The notes under the pieces: model-generated
The model's database searches: none
What the model saw: the letters and a program-made list of their open reading frames with translations, nothing else
What the model was told of the DNA's origin: nothing
Part shown: positions 31,589 to 43,272 of the stretch, one piece after another
Position numbering within the stretch: the first letter of the stretch is position 1
Layout: each line of letters starts with the position of its first letter
Assembly (NCBI GenBank): GCA_963721525.1
Contig: CAVRJL010000015.1
Coordinates: 64,001 to 128,000 of the forward strand
DNA length: 64,000 nucleotides
Source of the DNA: an uncultured Negativicutes bacterium
GTDB lineage: Bacteria > Bacillota > Negativicutes > JBAXTZ01
Reading direction: 5' to 3'
Made by a program: the position numbers and the translations under genes

Positions 31589-32040
31589 TAAAATGAACCT
31601 TCTTAAAATAGTTTATATTTTAAATAAATTTTATTCGCATAAACATAAATTAATTTTAGCTATTGCTTCTTTTTTAATAATGCTTTTTGTCAGTAGTTCT
31701 TCAATCTTTCTTGATTTTGAAATATTAATGTAACCTTTATTTGACACGAATTAATTGATCCCTACACTCGTTTCCACTTGTACTTTTATAAATTGATGAA
31801 ACTGTGCCAATTTTCTAACCGTTGTCAATCTGATAATGCTACTTTAGATCTCAGCAATATGTTTTACAAACTCTTTTATTTCCTGAATTTTAAAAATCAT
31901 AGTTGATATAGTTGATGTTGACACAGTTAGTTTCCGTATTATCTACAACTCGTAGATCTTTATCTATTTTTATATCATCGCTAAAACTATAATTTTTATA
32001 GATAAAGTTTTTCCTATTTTTTTGTTATAATATCAAATAA

Positions 32041-33243
32041 TCACATAGGTATTCTTATACCATTTTTTATTTTTTTAGCAAAATCTGCTCCAAAATTATA
32101 AGCTTGTTCTATTTCTTGATCAGTAGGAGCCCATTTACAACTAAACGAACCGCCGATAATATTACTAGCCATAGAAGTAAACATTTGTTCTATTTCTTTT
32201 ATTGCAGCTCCTGACCATCCAAATGAGCCAAAAGCAGCAAAAATTTTATTTTTTGGTTTTAAACCCTTTAAATGATATAAAAACCCACCCATTGAAGGTA
32301 ATAATGTATTATGCATTGTAGACGATCCCATCATGATTCCTCTTGCACCTAAAAGTTCACGTGTAATTTCAGCTTGCTCTAAAGGTTTAAATAAATGAAG
32401 CGTTACAAAAACATCCTTCGATCTTACTCCTTCAAAAATCGCTTTAGCCAACTTATTCGTGGAACTCCACATTGTATCATATATAATTACTACTTTTTCT
32501 TCTGTTTTATAAGTTGCCCAATTATTATATCTTTTAAAAACTTCACTAATGTATTTTCGTAGTAATATACCATGGCTTGGAGCTATTATTTCTATAGGAA
32601 AAGGTAAATTTGTAAACTTATTTAAAGCTCCTATAATTTGTTTTCCAAGATGCATCAATATATTCGCATAATATTTTTCTAACTCAAACATTATACTATT
32701 AAAATCATTTTCATCGTCAAATAATTTAGAACTACATATATGTTGCCCAAAAGCATCATTAGAAAAAAGAATTTTTTCTCCTTCAAGATAAGTCGCCATG
32801 CTATCAGGCCAATGAACCATAGGTATTGGGTAAAAATGTAATTTATTTTTTCCCAACTCTAAACTATCCCCCTCTTTTACTACTATAAATTTAAAATTTT
32901 CTCCATACTGCTTTATTATTGTGTCTTTAGCCTGCTCCGTACATACTAATGTAGCGTTAGGAGCTCTTTTTATCAGATACGGTAATCCACTTGCGTGATC
33001 CGGTTCAATATGATTAACAACAATATAATCAAGTTTATTTAAAGAAATTATGCTAGAAATCATCTTTTCTTGGTCCTGCTCAAAAGTATATTTTACTCCA
33101 TCAATAACTGCTGTTTTTTCATCAATAATTAAATAAGAGTTATAGGTTATTCCTCTTAACGTAGTATAACCGTGAAAGTCACGCATATTCCAATCCATAC
33201 CACCAATATAATACACTGTTTTTGCAATTTTTTTTGCATACAT
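32041..33243 (-). CDS. fprA: Flavodiiron protein FprA (O2/NO reductase)
   Basis: TYNSYLI, HIEPDH, HWPDSM, SNDAFG, PSHG, flavodoxin domain with FGSFGWSG. Confidence 0.92.
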   Translation of the reverse strand: MYAKKIAKTVYYIGGMDWNMRDFHGYTTLRGITYNSYLIIDEKTAVIDGVKYTFEQDQEKMISSIISLNKLDYIVVNHIEPDHASGLPYLIKRAPNATLVCTEQAKDTIIKQYGENFKFIVVKEGDSLELGKNKLHFYPIPMVHWPDSMATYLEGEKILFSNDAFGQHICSSKLFDDENDFNSIMFELEKYYANILMHLGKQIIGALNKFTNLPFPIEIIAPSHGILLRKYISEVFKRYNNWATYKTEEKVVIIYDTMWSSTNKLAKAIFEGVRSKDVFVTLHLFKPLEQAEITRELLGARGIMMGSSTMHNTLLPSMGGFLYHLKGLKPKNKIFAAFGSFGWSGAAIKEIEQMFTSMASNIIGGSFSCKWAPTDQEIEQAYNFGADFAKKIKNGIRIPM

Positions 33244-33357
33244 AATTACATTTCTCCTTTATCCTTTTAAATTTAATGTCGAAACTATTATTTTTCTACA
33301 AATTCAAAAAATTCAAATTTTCAAGGATTTATAAAAATTATTTATACAAATATTATT

Positions 33358-34728
33358 TTATTTGCTAGATTTTTTATGCAAGTAATACTCTTTTACTACC
33401 CAAAATACAGGTAACCCTAATAGTGTTAAAAAAAGAGACATAAATGACATGCCAGGACTTCTAATAAGTGTAGCTATGAATACAAATAAACCACCTAATA
33501 AAGCCAAAAACGGTACAATTGGATATAAAGGCACTTTATAAGGACGTTCCATATTAGGACGATTTCTTCTCAGTAAAAATAAACCAATGTATGTTAAAAT
33601 ATAAAATAACCAATTAGACAAAATAGAAAAATTCGCCAACCAATCTGCATCCACAGTTAATTCAAATAAAGCAAACACCATCAAAAACATTATACTATTA
33701 ATAGGTGTTCCAAACCCCTTATGTATTTTGCCAAACCAACTTGAAAATGGAATTTGTTTTCTGCAAGCCATTGCATAGGGCACTCGAGGCAAGGTTAAAT
33801 TATAACCATTTATTGTACCAAACATTGAAACCAATATTCCTACATTTATTAATTTACCTCCAATCGAACCGAATAGCTTCATTGCTACTGCTGCAGACGT
33901 TGCTTTACCGTAAAGTATTATTTCATTATTTGATATTGTATGAAAAATTGCTAAATTTACTGCAAGGTAAGCTACAATAACTATCAAAACCCCTACAAAT
34001 ATTGCTTTAGGTATTATTTTTATCGGATTTTTCATTTCTCCAGCTACTATAGCTACACTAGAAAATCCCTCATAAGCAAAAAATGTTGCTAACATTGCCA
34101 TTCCTAGACCTGTAAATGAAAAAGAACCGAGCATAACTCCAGGCTCAACTATTGTATTTTTTCCCCATATTAAACCAGCCAATGATAATAGTATTATAGG
34201 AACTAATTTAATAGCTGTTGCAATTGTTTGGACGTACCCTGCGTACTTTGCACCTGTAATATTTATCATTGTTATTATAAATAAAACGCTACCAGCAATC
34301 GGAATTCGCATACCGACAGCTAACCCGAATGTTTGTATGAAAATTGCCGAAAAATATAAACTCAATGCGGCAAATGTCGCAGGAGCAAATATTACTGTTT
34401 GCATCCAACCAAAAAGATAAGACACTTTTTCACCGTAAATTTCCTGAAGATAAGCGTATATTCCACCTGTTCTTGGAATGGATGCTCCAAGTTCTGCTAT
34501 TGTTAATCCTCCGGCCATAACACATATCCCACCTATTATCCATGCGCATAATGCTCCTTTTACTCCTCCAGCAGAACCTAAAACATCAGCAGGTCTTACA
34601 AATACACCTGCTCCAATAACAGTTCCTATAACAATAGATAATGCAGGCCAATAACCTATATCTCGCTTTAAACCTTTTTCTGTCTCGATTAATGTATCTT
34701 TCATTTTTTCGCCTCCTATTATATTCAT
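33358..34728 (-). CDS. APC-family amino acid permease (SteT/LAT-like)
   Basis: GTVIGAGVF, AELGASIPRTGGIYAY, FAYEGF, RPYKVPLYP; many TM segments. Confidence 0.9.
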   Translation of the reverse strand: MNIIGGEKMKDTLIETEKGLKRDIGYWPALSIVIGTVIGAGVFVRPADVLGSAGGVKGALCAWIIGGICVMAGGLTIAELGASIPRTGGIYAYLQEIYGEKVSYLFGWMQTVIFAPATFAALSLYFSAIFIQTFGLAVGMRIPIAGSVLFIITMINITGAKYAGYVQTIATAIKLVPIILLSLAGLIWGKNTIVEPGVMLGSFSFTGLGMAMLATFFAYEGFSSVAIVAGEMKNPIKIIPKAIFVGVLIVIVAYLAVNLAIFHTISNNEIILYGKATSAAVAMKLFGSIGGKLINVGILVSMFGTINGYNLTLPRVPYAMACRKQIPFSSWFGKIHKGFGTPINSIMFLMVFALFELTVDADWLANFSILSNWLFYILTYIGLFLLRRNRPNMERPYKVPLYPIVPFLALLGGLFVFIATLIRSPGMSFMSLFLTLLGLPVFWVVKEYYLHKKSSK

Positions 34729-34757
34729 ATAAATCGGATTTACTTATAGATTAACTT

Positions 34758-35102
34758 TTAACCAGGCGGCCATGTCATCTTTCTCCCACCTAATAAATGC
34801 CAATGCAAATGATCTACTGTCTGTCCTCCATCATCTTTTGTATTTATAACCTGTCTAAACCCTTTTTCAACTATTTCATATTTTTTAGCAAGTTTTTTTA
34901 TAGCTTTAATTATAGCGTGAATAAATTTATTATCATCGTCCTGAATATCTATAAAATTTTTTATATGTTTTTTAGGTACCATTAAAATATGGATGGGTGC
35001 CATAGGCTTAATATCGTTAAATGCTACAATATATTTGTCTTGATAAATAATTTCCGAAGGAATAGCTCCTTTTATTATCCCGCAAAAAATACAACTTTTC
35101 AT
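34758..35102 (-). CDS. Histidine triad nucleotide-binding protein
   Basis: CIFC, GQTVDHLHWHLLGG, C-terminal WPPG. Confidence 0.95.
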   Translation of the reverse strand: MKSCIFCGIIKGAIPSEIIYQDKYIVAFNDIKPMAPIHILMVPKKHIKNFIDIQDDDNKFIHAIIKAIKKLAKKYEIVEKGFRQVINTKDDGGQTVDHLHWHLLGGRKMTWPPG

Positions 35103-35144
35103 ATTATAAAAAATCCTTTCTTTGATATTTTAAAAATTACAGTT

Positions 35145-35285
35145 AAGAATACCTAAATCGTTTTTATTTACTAAATTATTGCCAATTATATTTTGATAAG
35201 GTACAAAACTACTACTTGCTATTGAGCAACGTAACCCTAATTTTATTATAATTTCGTTGTTTCGCGCATAGTACTTCTTCGCACA
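35145..35285 (-). pseudogene. Possible RsmE C-terminal remnant
   Basis: Fragments EEVLCAKQ, LGLR and LAII..KNDLG resemble the RsmE C-terminus; rsmE often lies upstream of hit. Weak. Confidence 0.3.
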
Positions 35286-35305
35286 TTATTTATGATTATT
35301 TTACC

Positions 35306-35343
35306 AATTGGTATATACTTTTCTAATTGGTATATACTTTTCT
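35306..35343. repeat. Perfect 19-bp tandem duplication, intergenic
   Basis: aattggtatatacttttct at 35306 and 35325. Confidence 0.92.
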
Positions 35344-35363
35344 ATTAGAAATATTTTGTTTGC

Positions 35364-37085
35364 TTATTTTAATTGCAATGTCTGCAATACGTTGCTATAT
35401 TCCATAATCGGGGTCATAAATTCACTAAAAACAGGAGCACATATTTGGCCTCCGTAATATTGTCCTTTAGGGTCATCGATAACTACTATTGCTACATATT
35501 TAGGTGCTTCTACTGGTCCAAAACCTATAAAAGAAGAAATATAATGACCTGAAGAATACCCTGTACCAGATGTATTTAATCGTTCTGCTGTTCCTGTTTT
35601 TCCACCAAAATGATATCCTTCTACTTTGGCTTTTACTCCACTGCCTTGTAAAACATCTTTTTCAAATAAATTAACTAATTTTTGTGTAGCTTCGCGATTC
35701 AATAATTGGCTACCTTTATATTTATTAAATTTTTTATAAATACTCCCATCTCTGTTGCAAATTTCTTTAATAATATGCGGTTTTATAGTTAATCCTCCGT
35801 TACACATTGCAGAAACAGCGGTAACTAACTGCAAAGGAGTCACCGCAACACCCTGCCCAATAGAAACACTGGCCAAATCAGACAAAGTCATTTTATTTTC
35901 ATTAAATAATATACCAGATTCTTCCCCAGGTAACTCTATGCCAGTTTTTTTACCAAAACCAAATTTATCCACATATTGCGTAATCATATGTTTCCCCAAT
36001 CGTTGTCCTACTTTAACAAAAACAGTATTTATTGAATTACTAAAAGCATGAATAAAATCTAGATCTCCCCACTTACCTCCATCCCAATTTCTTATAAACC
36101 TACCATTAATATTTATTGACCCTGTGTCATGAAATATTTCTTCAGGAGATACCAATTTTTCATTAAGAGCTATAGCAGCAATAACTGTTTTGAACGTTGA
36201 ACCTGGCTCGTATATACTAAAAAATCTGTTATTAAGTTGATGAGAATTAACTTTAAAAATTTTATTAGGATTAAAAGTAGGCCTACTTGCCATAGCCAAT
36301 ATTTCACCATTATTTGGATTCATAATTATAACCGCCATAGAATTAGCTTTAGTCTTAACCATTGAGCGATCCATTGTTTGCTCAACAGTAAATTGTATTC
36401 TATTATCTAAAGTTAAAAATACTTTTCGTCCTTCTTTTAACAATTCATAATTGAAAGCTGAACCTGTTATAGGATTTCCATACTGATCTATGAAAAGTTT
36501 TTGTTTTAACATTTCTCCTTTTAACTCTTTATCAAGATGAAACTCTATTCCAGCCAAACCGTTATCATCAATTCCGACAAATCCTAATACATGAGCTGCT
36601 AACTGGTCATTAGGATAATATCTTTTACTTTCTTCAATAAAATATAAACCGATAATTTTATTATTTTTAATATAATTTTGGACTTGTTTTGAAATATCAT
36701 TTTCTAAAGAGCGCTCTATCCAAATAAATCCTGCGTCACTAGTAAGTCGCTTTATTAAATCGGGTTTTCTTATACCTAGTATTATAGCCAAATCATTCGC
36801 TATTTGGTCACGAGAAACTCTATTTTTTTTTAGTTCAATACAATTTGCATAAAGAGACCTAACCATAATACTTATTGCAAGCTCTTTTCCGTTACGGTCG
36901 TAAATATTGCCACGTGGATTCTTAATTTTCTTAAAATCATTTACCTGTTCATTTATTTTATCGATAAAAAAATCAGATATGCCCACCTGTAAATACGCTA
37001 ATCTGATGAAAATAAACAAAAATAAAACAGTTAAAATCACAATTACCAAGCGTAGCCGATGATTTATATATGAAAAAGATTGCAT
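35364..37085 (-). CDS. Class B penicillin-binding protein (FtsI/SpoVD-like), no PASTA
   Basis: RGNIYDRNG, RYYP, EPGSTFK (SxxK), SIN, GKTGT. Confidence 0.92.
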   Translation of the reverse strand: MQSFSYINHRLRLVIVILTVLFLFIFIRLAYLQVGISDFFIDKINEQVNDFKKIKNPRGNIYDRNGKELAISIMVRSLYANCIELKKNRVSRDQIANDLAIILGIRKPDLIKRLTSDAGFIWIERSLENDISKQVQNYIKNNKIIGLYFIEESKRYYPNDQLAAHVLGFVGIDDNGLAGIEFHLDKELKGEMLKQKLFIDQYGNPITGSAFNYELLKEGRKVFLTLDNRIQFTVEQTMDRSMVKTKANSMAVIIMNPNNGEILAMASRPTFNPNKIFKVNSHQLNNRFFSIYEPGSTFKTVIAAIALNEKLVSPEEIFHDTGSININGRFIRNWDGGKWGDLDFIHAFSNSINTVFVKVGQRLGKHMITQYVDKFGFGKKTGIELPGEESGILFNENKMTLSDLASVSIGQGVAVTPLQLVTAVSAMCNGGLTIKPHIIKEICNRDGSIYKKFNKYKGSQLLNREATQKLVNLFEKDVLQGSGVKAKVEGYHFGGKTGTAERLNTSGTGYSSGHYISSFIGFGPVEAPKYVAIVVIDDPKGQYYGGQICAPVFSEFMTPIMEYSNVLQTLQLK

Positions 37086-37320
37086 ATTCTACCCTAAATA
37101 ACTACTTTTTTATCTTTTCTCACCCATAAAAAAAGATCTAAAACATATCATCATACTCTATTTAAGTGTAACTCTTTACCCTAAATGTTCATTATACTAT
37201 TTTTAATTTAGTTATGTGTAAAAATTTATATTAAAACTATATCTAATTTATTTTAAACGTTCCCAAATTTGACTACTTTTTTGAATAAAAAAGATGTGCA
37301 ATATATCGCGTTTTTTACTT

Positions 37321-39802
37321 TTATTTTAGCTTAAGAATAATTTTTTCTCTAGCTGTTGTCAAAAAAACCCTCATCCCTTCTTTTAATTCCCCTGTTACAA
37401 TTTTTTTAGATATTTCTGTTTCTAAAGCCTTCTGTATCAATCTTTTTAATGGTCTTGCGCCAAATTGCGGATCATAGCCTTTTTTCGCTATAATCTCTAA
37501 TACTTTATCATCCCAAATGAGCGATACTGCAACCTGGTGTTTTAATCTATTCTTTAATTGAGTTAATAATATTGCCGATATCTGCATTATTTGTTCTATT
37601 AATAAAGCTTTAAATATTATTATTTCATCCACTCTATTAATAAATTCCGGTCTAAAATATATCTTTAATAAATTAAATACTGTTATTTTTGTATTTTCCC
37701 AATTCAGGCTATTTAATATTTCCTGCGATCCTAAATTTGAAGTCATTATTATAACAGTATTTTTTAAATCTACTACTCTTCCTTTATTATCTGTCAATCG
37801 TCCCTCGTCTAAAATTTGTAATAATATATTGAATATATCTGAATGCGCTTTTTCTATTTCATCAAATAACACTACGCTATACGGCTTACGTCTCACAGCT
37901 TTGGTTAATTGTCCTTCTTCTTCGTATCCAATATATCCTGGAGGTGCACCTATTAAACGAGCTAAAGAATGTTTTTCCATATATTCGCTCATATCCAAAC
38001 GTATTATCGCTCGTTCGCTATCAAAAAGCTGTTGGGCTAATGTTTTCGCTAGTTCAGTCTTTACAACCCCTGTAGGGCCTAAAAATATAAACGAACCTAT
38101 TGGCCTATTTGGGTCCTTAATTCCCGCTCTTGCTCTTATAACTGCTTCATTTACAGCTGCTATAGCTTCATCTTGCCCAACTACTCTTTTACTCAGTTCT
38201 TCTTTTAAATAAATCAGTTTTTGTCGCTCTCCGGTAAGCAATTTTGTTACAGGAACCCCTGTCCAAATGCTCACGACTTTCGCTATATCGTTCTCATCTA
38301 CTTCCTCTTTTAATAAACGATTACCTGATTCGTTAGATAATTTTTCTTCTTCAGTTTTAATGTGTTTTTCTAATTTGGGCAATTCTCCATATTTCAATTC
38401 TGAAGCGCGGTTAAGTTCCCCTGCTCTTTCTGCCACTTCCATTTCTAACTTTGCATCGGTAATCATTTTTTTTATTTGTCTTAAACTACTTATTCCTTTT
38501 TTTCCTCTTCCCATTGTTTTCTCAATTTATCAACATAATTTTTAATTTGCGCAAGTTCTTCTTGTAATTTTATTAATCTATCTTGCGATACTTTATCTAC
38601 TTCTTTTTTCAAAGCCTGTTCTTCTATTTGTAACTGCATAATTTCTCGCAATTTTTCATCAAGCTCTGTAGGCATAGATTCTATTTCTGTTTTCAATTTA
38701 GCTGCAGATTCATCCATTAAATCTATAGCTTTATCCGGTAAAAACCGATCTATTATGTATCTATCTGATAATATTGCTGCGGCAACAAGAGCACTATCTC
38801 TTATTTTTACTCCGCAGCGTCTTTTTCTACGTATTTACGATATTCATTCAAAGTTGTAGCTCCTATGCATTTTAATTCTCCGCGTGCAAGCATAGGTTTT
38901 AAAATATTTCCAGCATCTATTGATCCTTCTGATGCACCAGCTCCTACTATAGTATGCAACTCATCTATAAATAAAATAATTTTCCCTTCAGTTTTAGCAA
39001 TTCCATTCAAAACAGCTTTCAATCGTTCTTCAAATTCTCCTCGATATTTTGCGCCAGCAAGTAAAGCTCCCATATCAAGAGAATATAAAAATTTATTTTT
39101 CAAACTTTCTGGAACATCGTTTTTTATTATACGTTGAGCTAATCCTTCTACTATAGCGGTTTTACCTACTCCTGGTTCTCCAATTAAAACAGGATTATTT
39201 TTTGTTCGTCTAGATAAAATTTCAATTATTCGCCTTATTTCATCATCTCTACCAATAACAGGATCAAGCTTATTTTGTTTAGCTAACTGTGTAAAATCAC
39301 GACCATATTTTTTTAATACTTCATATTGTTCTTCAGGACTATCTATCGTAATATTTATACCGCCTCGATAGTCTAAAATAGCCTTTTTAACACGATCATA
39401 AATTAGTCCGTAAGATTGACATAAATTTATAATCTCATCATCTCCTTCGCTACAAACAGCCAATAGCAAATGTTCGACCCCAATAAATTTATCGCTCATA
39501 AAAGTCATAATTTGTTCGCTTTTATCAAAAATTCTAATTAAAGCAAGGCTAAAAGTTAATCTTTCAGAAACGCCTTTTACAATTGGAATTTTCTTAAATA
39601 TTTGTTCCACTCTAATATGTAATATTTTTTTATCAATATTCGCGCTTTTTAAAATAGCATCAATAATCTTTAAATCATTCTCTTCTAATAGAGATTTAAA
39701 CAAATGAATAGTAGATACTTCCTGATGATGGTGAACTGCCGCCATTTGATGCGATTTTTGTAAAATAATCAACGATTTTTGTGTAAACTTTTCATGGTCC
39801 AT
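37321..39802 (-). pseudogene. clpB: ClpB disaggregase pseudogene
   Basis: Three pieces. About 100 bp (LERRF...HH) is missing between EKDA and GVKI at 38813/38814; A7 frameshift at 38497-38503; NBD2 Walker A reads GPTGVVKT. Confidence 0.92.
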
Positions 39803-39876
39803 AAATAAACTCTTCCCTTATTATGTTCCTTCCTAACTAAAATTCAAGTTTGTCTAGATAGCCTAATTTATCTAAT

Positions 39877-40767
39877 CTATATTTCAGCAATTTTTTTATA
39901 AAATTCTACTTTCTTTTCACTTAAAAATGCAGGTATATCTATCAAAATTTTTAGAAGAGCATCTCCCTTCTTTCCGTTTTTTCTTTTAAAACTTTGTCCA
40001 GAAATGCGCAATATTTTTCCTGAACGCGTATTAGGTGGAATATTTATTTCAATTTTTCCTGTGGGTAAATTAACTATCTTTTTACATCCTAGCACAGCTT
40101 GTTCAGGATAAATTGTTATGCTTGTTACGATATCATAATTTCCTGATAAACGCCAAACTCCGCTAGGATCAGGCTTTAACTTTAATAATAATACTCCGCC
40201 ATTGTTCCCTATTTTACTTAATCTCAAAATTGAATTTGGCAAAGAATTTTGGGGAATATTAATTTCTATTGTTTTAATTTTTTCATCAGTTTTAATAGAA
40301 ATTCTCTTTTGGGTTCCCATAAGCAATTGGTCTACAGGTATTTCAATTGATGCATTACTTTCTTCAACTTGTTCCTCATAATTAGAACCAGAAAATCGAT
40401 TATTATTGTCGGTATAAGACCTTTTATCGCTAAAAATATCGCTAAAAACCGCACTGAAAAAATCAGAAAATCCATTTGTGCTTTGAAAAGAAAAGTTGGT
40501 ATTATTTTTAAAATCTCCATAGTTAAATTCTTGGCCTGTTTGCCAATTACTTCCAAAAGAGTCATATTTTTTTCTTTTTTCAGGATCTCCTAACGCTTCG
40601 TAAGCTTCATTTATTTGTTTAAATTTTTCTTCAGCTTTTTTTTTCGCTTCTCCTTTATGTCTATCAGGATGCCACTGTTTCGCCAATTTACGATAAGCTT
40701 TTTTTATTTCTTGATCATCGCAACCACGTTTAACTCCTAAAACATCATAATAATCAATATATTTCAC
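39877..40767 (-). CDS. Class B J-domain protein (CbpA/DnaJ2-like)
   Basis: [16 protein letters not shown], DnaJ C-terminal domain, no zinc finger; adjacent to clpB. Confidence 0.9.
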   Translation of the reverse strand: MKYIDYYDVLGVKRGCDDQEIKKAYRKLAKQWHPDRHKGEAKKKAEEKFKQINEAYEALGDPEKRKKYDSFGSNWQTGQEFNYGDFKNNTNFSFQSTNGFSDFFSAVFSDIFSDKRSYTDNNNRFSGSNYEEQVEESNASIEIPVDQLLMGTQKRISIKTDEKIKTIEINIPQNSLPNSILRLSKIGNNGGVLLLKLKPDPSGVWRLSGNYDIVTSITIYPEQAVLGCKKIVNLPTGKIEINIPPNTRSGKILRISGQSFKRKNGKKGDALLKILIDIPAFLSEKKVEFYKKIAEI

Positions 40768-40807
40768 TAAATTTTCTCCAGTTTTTAAATGATTTTGATA
40801 ATGAAAT

Positions 40808-41785
40808 TTATTTTACCAAATCTGAAGCAAAGACCACTTGTATACCTGACTCTTCAATTTCATTTAGCATTTCTTTAAAGGCTTGTACAGTATGTGGCCT
40901 AGCATGACCTATAGCAATTATACAACCATATTCTTGTGCCATATTTATCGCTTTACGAATCATTGTTTTAATTTTTTCAACATTTGTGCTATTGTCTAAA
41001 AATATACCATTTTCACTTGTAGGAACTCCACATTCTGTAGCCACATTGCAAACAACACTGTTAGGTACCGTTTTACTGTCAATAAAAAATAGTTTTCCAT
41101 ACTGTTTGACTGTTTTCATCACTATCTTCATAACTCTTTTGCTTTGGGTAGCTTTTGAGCCTTGATGATTGTTTATTCCTACCAATTCAGGAGTTGCTGC
41201 AATAGCATTCATTATTAATTGTTGTATCTGTTTATCTGTCATAGTTGCTTTAATAGTAATTTTCTCAGCGGAGCAATTTCCTATTGCCTCCATAGGTAAA
41301 TGCAGCATAACCTGTTTCCCATTACTATGAGCTAAAGAGATAACTGCTTTGCTTGCCGTCAGATAAGGAATAACTGAAAAAGTTAAAGGTATATTTATTT
41401 TTGCTAAATTTTCTGCTTCATTATAAGAATATCCGCAATCATCTATAATAAATGCTATTTTTCCATGACCTCTAACTATTTTAACTTTTGGGAATTTATA
41501 ATTTTTAAGTTTATTAGGTTTTTGAAAAATTTTCTCTTGTGCTTTTGCTACATTTTCTGTTCCTTTTATAGATTCTTTTTGTTCATCTTCGTTTAATGAA
41601 TTTGAAGTTTTTATAGATTCTTTTTGTTCGTCTTCGTTCAATGAATTTGAAATTTGTTGTTTAACAGAAGTCTGTTGATTAACATTTGCACTTATAAAAA
41701 ACACGCTTGCAATAAAGCTTATAATAATTATTAAAGCAATTATAAAAATAACTGGTTTTTTCTTTGTATATTTTCCCCCACTCAT
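40808..41785 (-). CDS. Divergent polysaccharide deacetylase family protein (YibQ-like)
   Basis: N-terminal TM, IIDDCG, MLHLPME, NNHQGS, FIDSKT, FLDN, AIGHA. Confidence 0.9.
   Translation of the reverse strand: MSGGKYTKKKPVIFIIALIIIISFIASVFFISANVNQQTSVKQQISNSLNEDEQKESIKTSNSLNEDEQKESIKGTENVAKAQEKIFQKPNKLKNYKFPKVKIVRGHGKIAFIIDDCGYSYNEAENLAKINIPLTFSVIPYLTASKAVISLAHSNGKQVMLHLPMEAIGNCSAEKITIKATMTDKQIQQLIMNAIAATPELVGINNHQGSKATQSKRVMKIVMKTVKQYGKLFFIDSKTVPNSVVCNVATECGVPTSENGIFLDNSTNVEKIKTMIRKAINMAQEYGCIIAIGHARPHTVQAFKEMLNEIEESGIQVVFASDLVK
41564..41651. repeat. 45-bp-period tandem duplication in the YibQ-like linker
   Basis: [14 protein letters not shown] twice; the copies differ at two synonymous positions. 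Confidence 0.92.
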
Positions 41786-42495
41786 ATAGCTTCCATCCTT
41801 TCTAGTTAATATGTATATTATATAACAATAATTCTTTGTATAAAAAATATAAAATTAGACGTTTATTTGCCAACATGGGCGTAAAAATATTAAATATATC
41901 CGCAAAAACAATTTTTTCCACTTCGCCAGATTACAGTTATACTTTTACACCTTAATATATACGACAACTATCCAAAAGCTCTAAGAAAAATAGAATAATG
42001 TATATCTGCATACATGTACTTATTACTAAAAGATTAACCGCATAATAATTATCTAAAGCAGAAATATCATGAAATAATGCACTATTAATCATCCTTGCTT
42101 GAGAATAAAGTGATTAATTTTGTATTTTTATCTTTTATTTTATAGTAAAATATGTTACCGTCAATGATTTATGTTTATTTTATTATTAAACCATTCTTAC
42201 GTTTAAATCATTATCACTTGACTTCATCTAAATTAGTTGAACTATTGTCGATAAAATGCCCTGTTATGCTGATATTTCTCCTTTTCCATTATTTTATACA
42301 ATCTAACTTTTCGAGTATATAGTTATTGTTAAACACAAAATACCAAAGTTAAAATCAAAGATGGTAATTTTCTATGTTTTCCTCGTTTGGCTAGTTTTTA
42401 TCTTTATAAAAGCGTAAATAATATTAATTTTTATCATAATCATGAATACAATCATGTGAATATTTATATAAGTTATAAGTAAAAATATTTTACAT

Positions 42496-42831
42496 TTATC
42501 TAAAATTAAGATGAAGCTTTATAGCATTATTAACCTGTTCTTGCTGTTTTTTAGATAATTGACCAATTTTTCTTTTTAACCTGAGTTTATTAATAGTACG
42601 TATCTGTTCACATTTTGCTTTACTATCTTTATCTAAACCATTTTTAACCTCATTTAAAAGAACTTGAAAAGGGTATACTTTTGATAATCGACTTGATATA
42701 GGAATGATAGTAATAAGTGGCGAAGCACTATTAAAAAAATTATTACTAATAATTATAGCCGGACGTACCTTATCAGTTTCAGCTGATATTTCCATAGCTA
42801 GTTCAACTAAATATATTTCTCCACGTTTCAT
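42496..42831 (-). CDS. mazF: PemK/MazF-family endoribonuclease toxin
   Basis: MKRGEIY, RPAIIISN, KVYPFQV, EQIRTI...RL..IG. Confidence 0.93.
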   Translation of the reverse strand: MKRGEIYLVELAMEISAETDKVRPAIIISNNFFNSASPLITIIPISSRLSKVYPFQVLLNEVKNGLDKDSKAKCEQIRTINKLRLKRKIGQLSKKQQEQVNNAIKLHLNFR

Positions 42832-43052
42832 GCTAAATCACCGTCGGTTATACTCCACACAACATTCTCTTTTTGTTCTATTTTATCTCTTCCGTATGGT
42901 TCATATATTTTATTAAATAAATAATTCTGATAATGCTGTAAAGCAACAGTAATTATCGAAGAAGCAGTTTTGTGATATTTCTGCTGAAGCTTATGAACGA
43001 AATTAGATAATTCAATAGGTAAACATATCGATATTTTCTCTTTATTAATCAT
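42828..43052 (-). CDS. Putative RHH-type antitoxin (MazE-like)
   Basis: KISICLP beta strand plus helices, acidic C-terminus WSITDGDL; ATGA overlap with mazF. Confidence 0.8.
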   Translation of the reverse strand: MINKEKISICLPIELSNFVHKLQQKYHKTASSIITVALQHYQNYLFNKIYEPYGRDKIEQKENVVWSITDGDLA

Positions 43053-43096
43053 AATATTGCCTTTACGATGCCCTTTCTTTCTTTAAACGATAATAA

Positions 43097-43125
43097 ATTA
43101 TACTGCAAAAAAAAATTATTGTAAA
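43097..43125 (-). promoter_or_regulatory. Putative sigmaA promoter of mazEF
   Basis: TTTACA-N17-TATAAT; the spacer contains a T9 run (A9 at 43107-43115). Confidence 0.5.
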
Positions 43126-43228
43126 TAAACTTAATATTTAAAAGCAACAAAAATTCACTGAAAAAATATCGAAGTAACATTTTTCATCACCAAAATACAT
43201 AAATTTATTAATAAATATTAGGTAGAAA

Positions 43229-43272
43229 AAATATAAATGAACTTACAAATTATCGTAAGTTCATTTATATTT
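43229..43272 (-). terminator. Long AT-rich hairpin, probable intrinsic terminator
   Basis: Perfect 18-bp arms aaatataaatgaacttac / gtaagttcatttatattt with an 8-nt loop; T-run follows on the minus strand. Confidence 0.6.

Noticed and set aside
31589-32040. clpC remnant upstream of radA
   Set aside because: Only a weak RKIEELLTKSII resemblance; needs tblastn.
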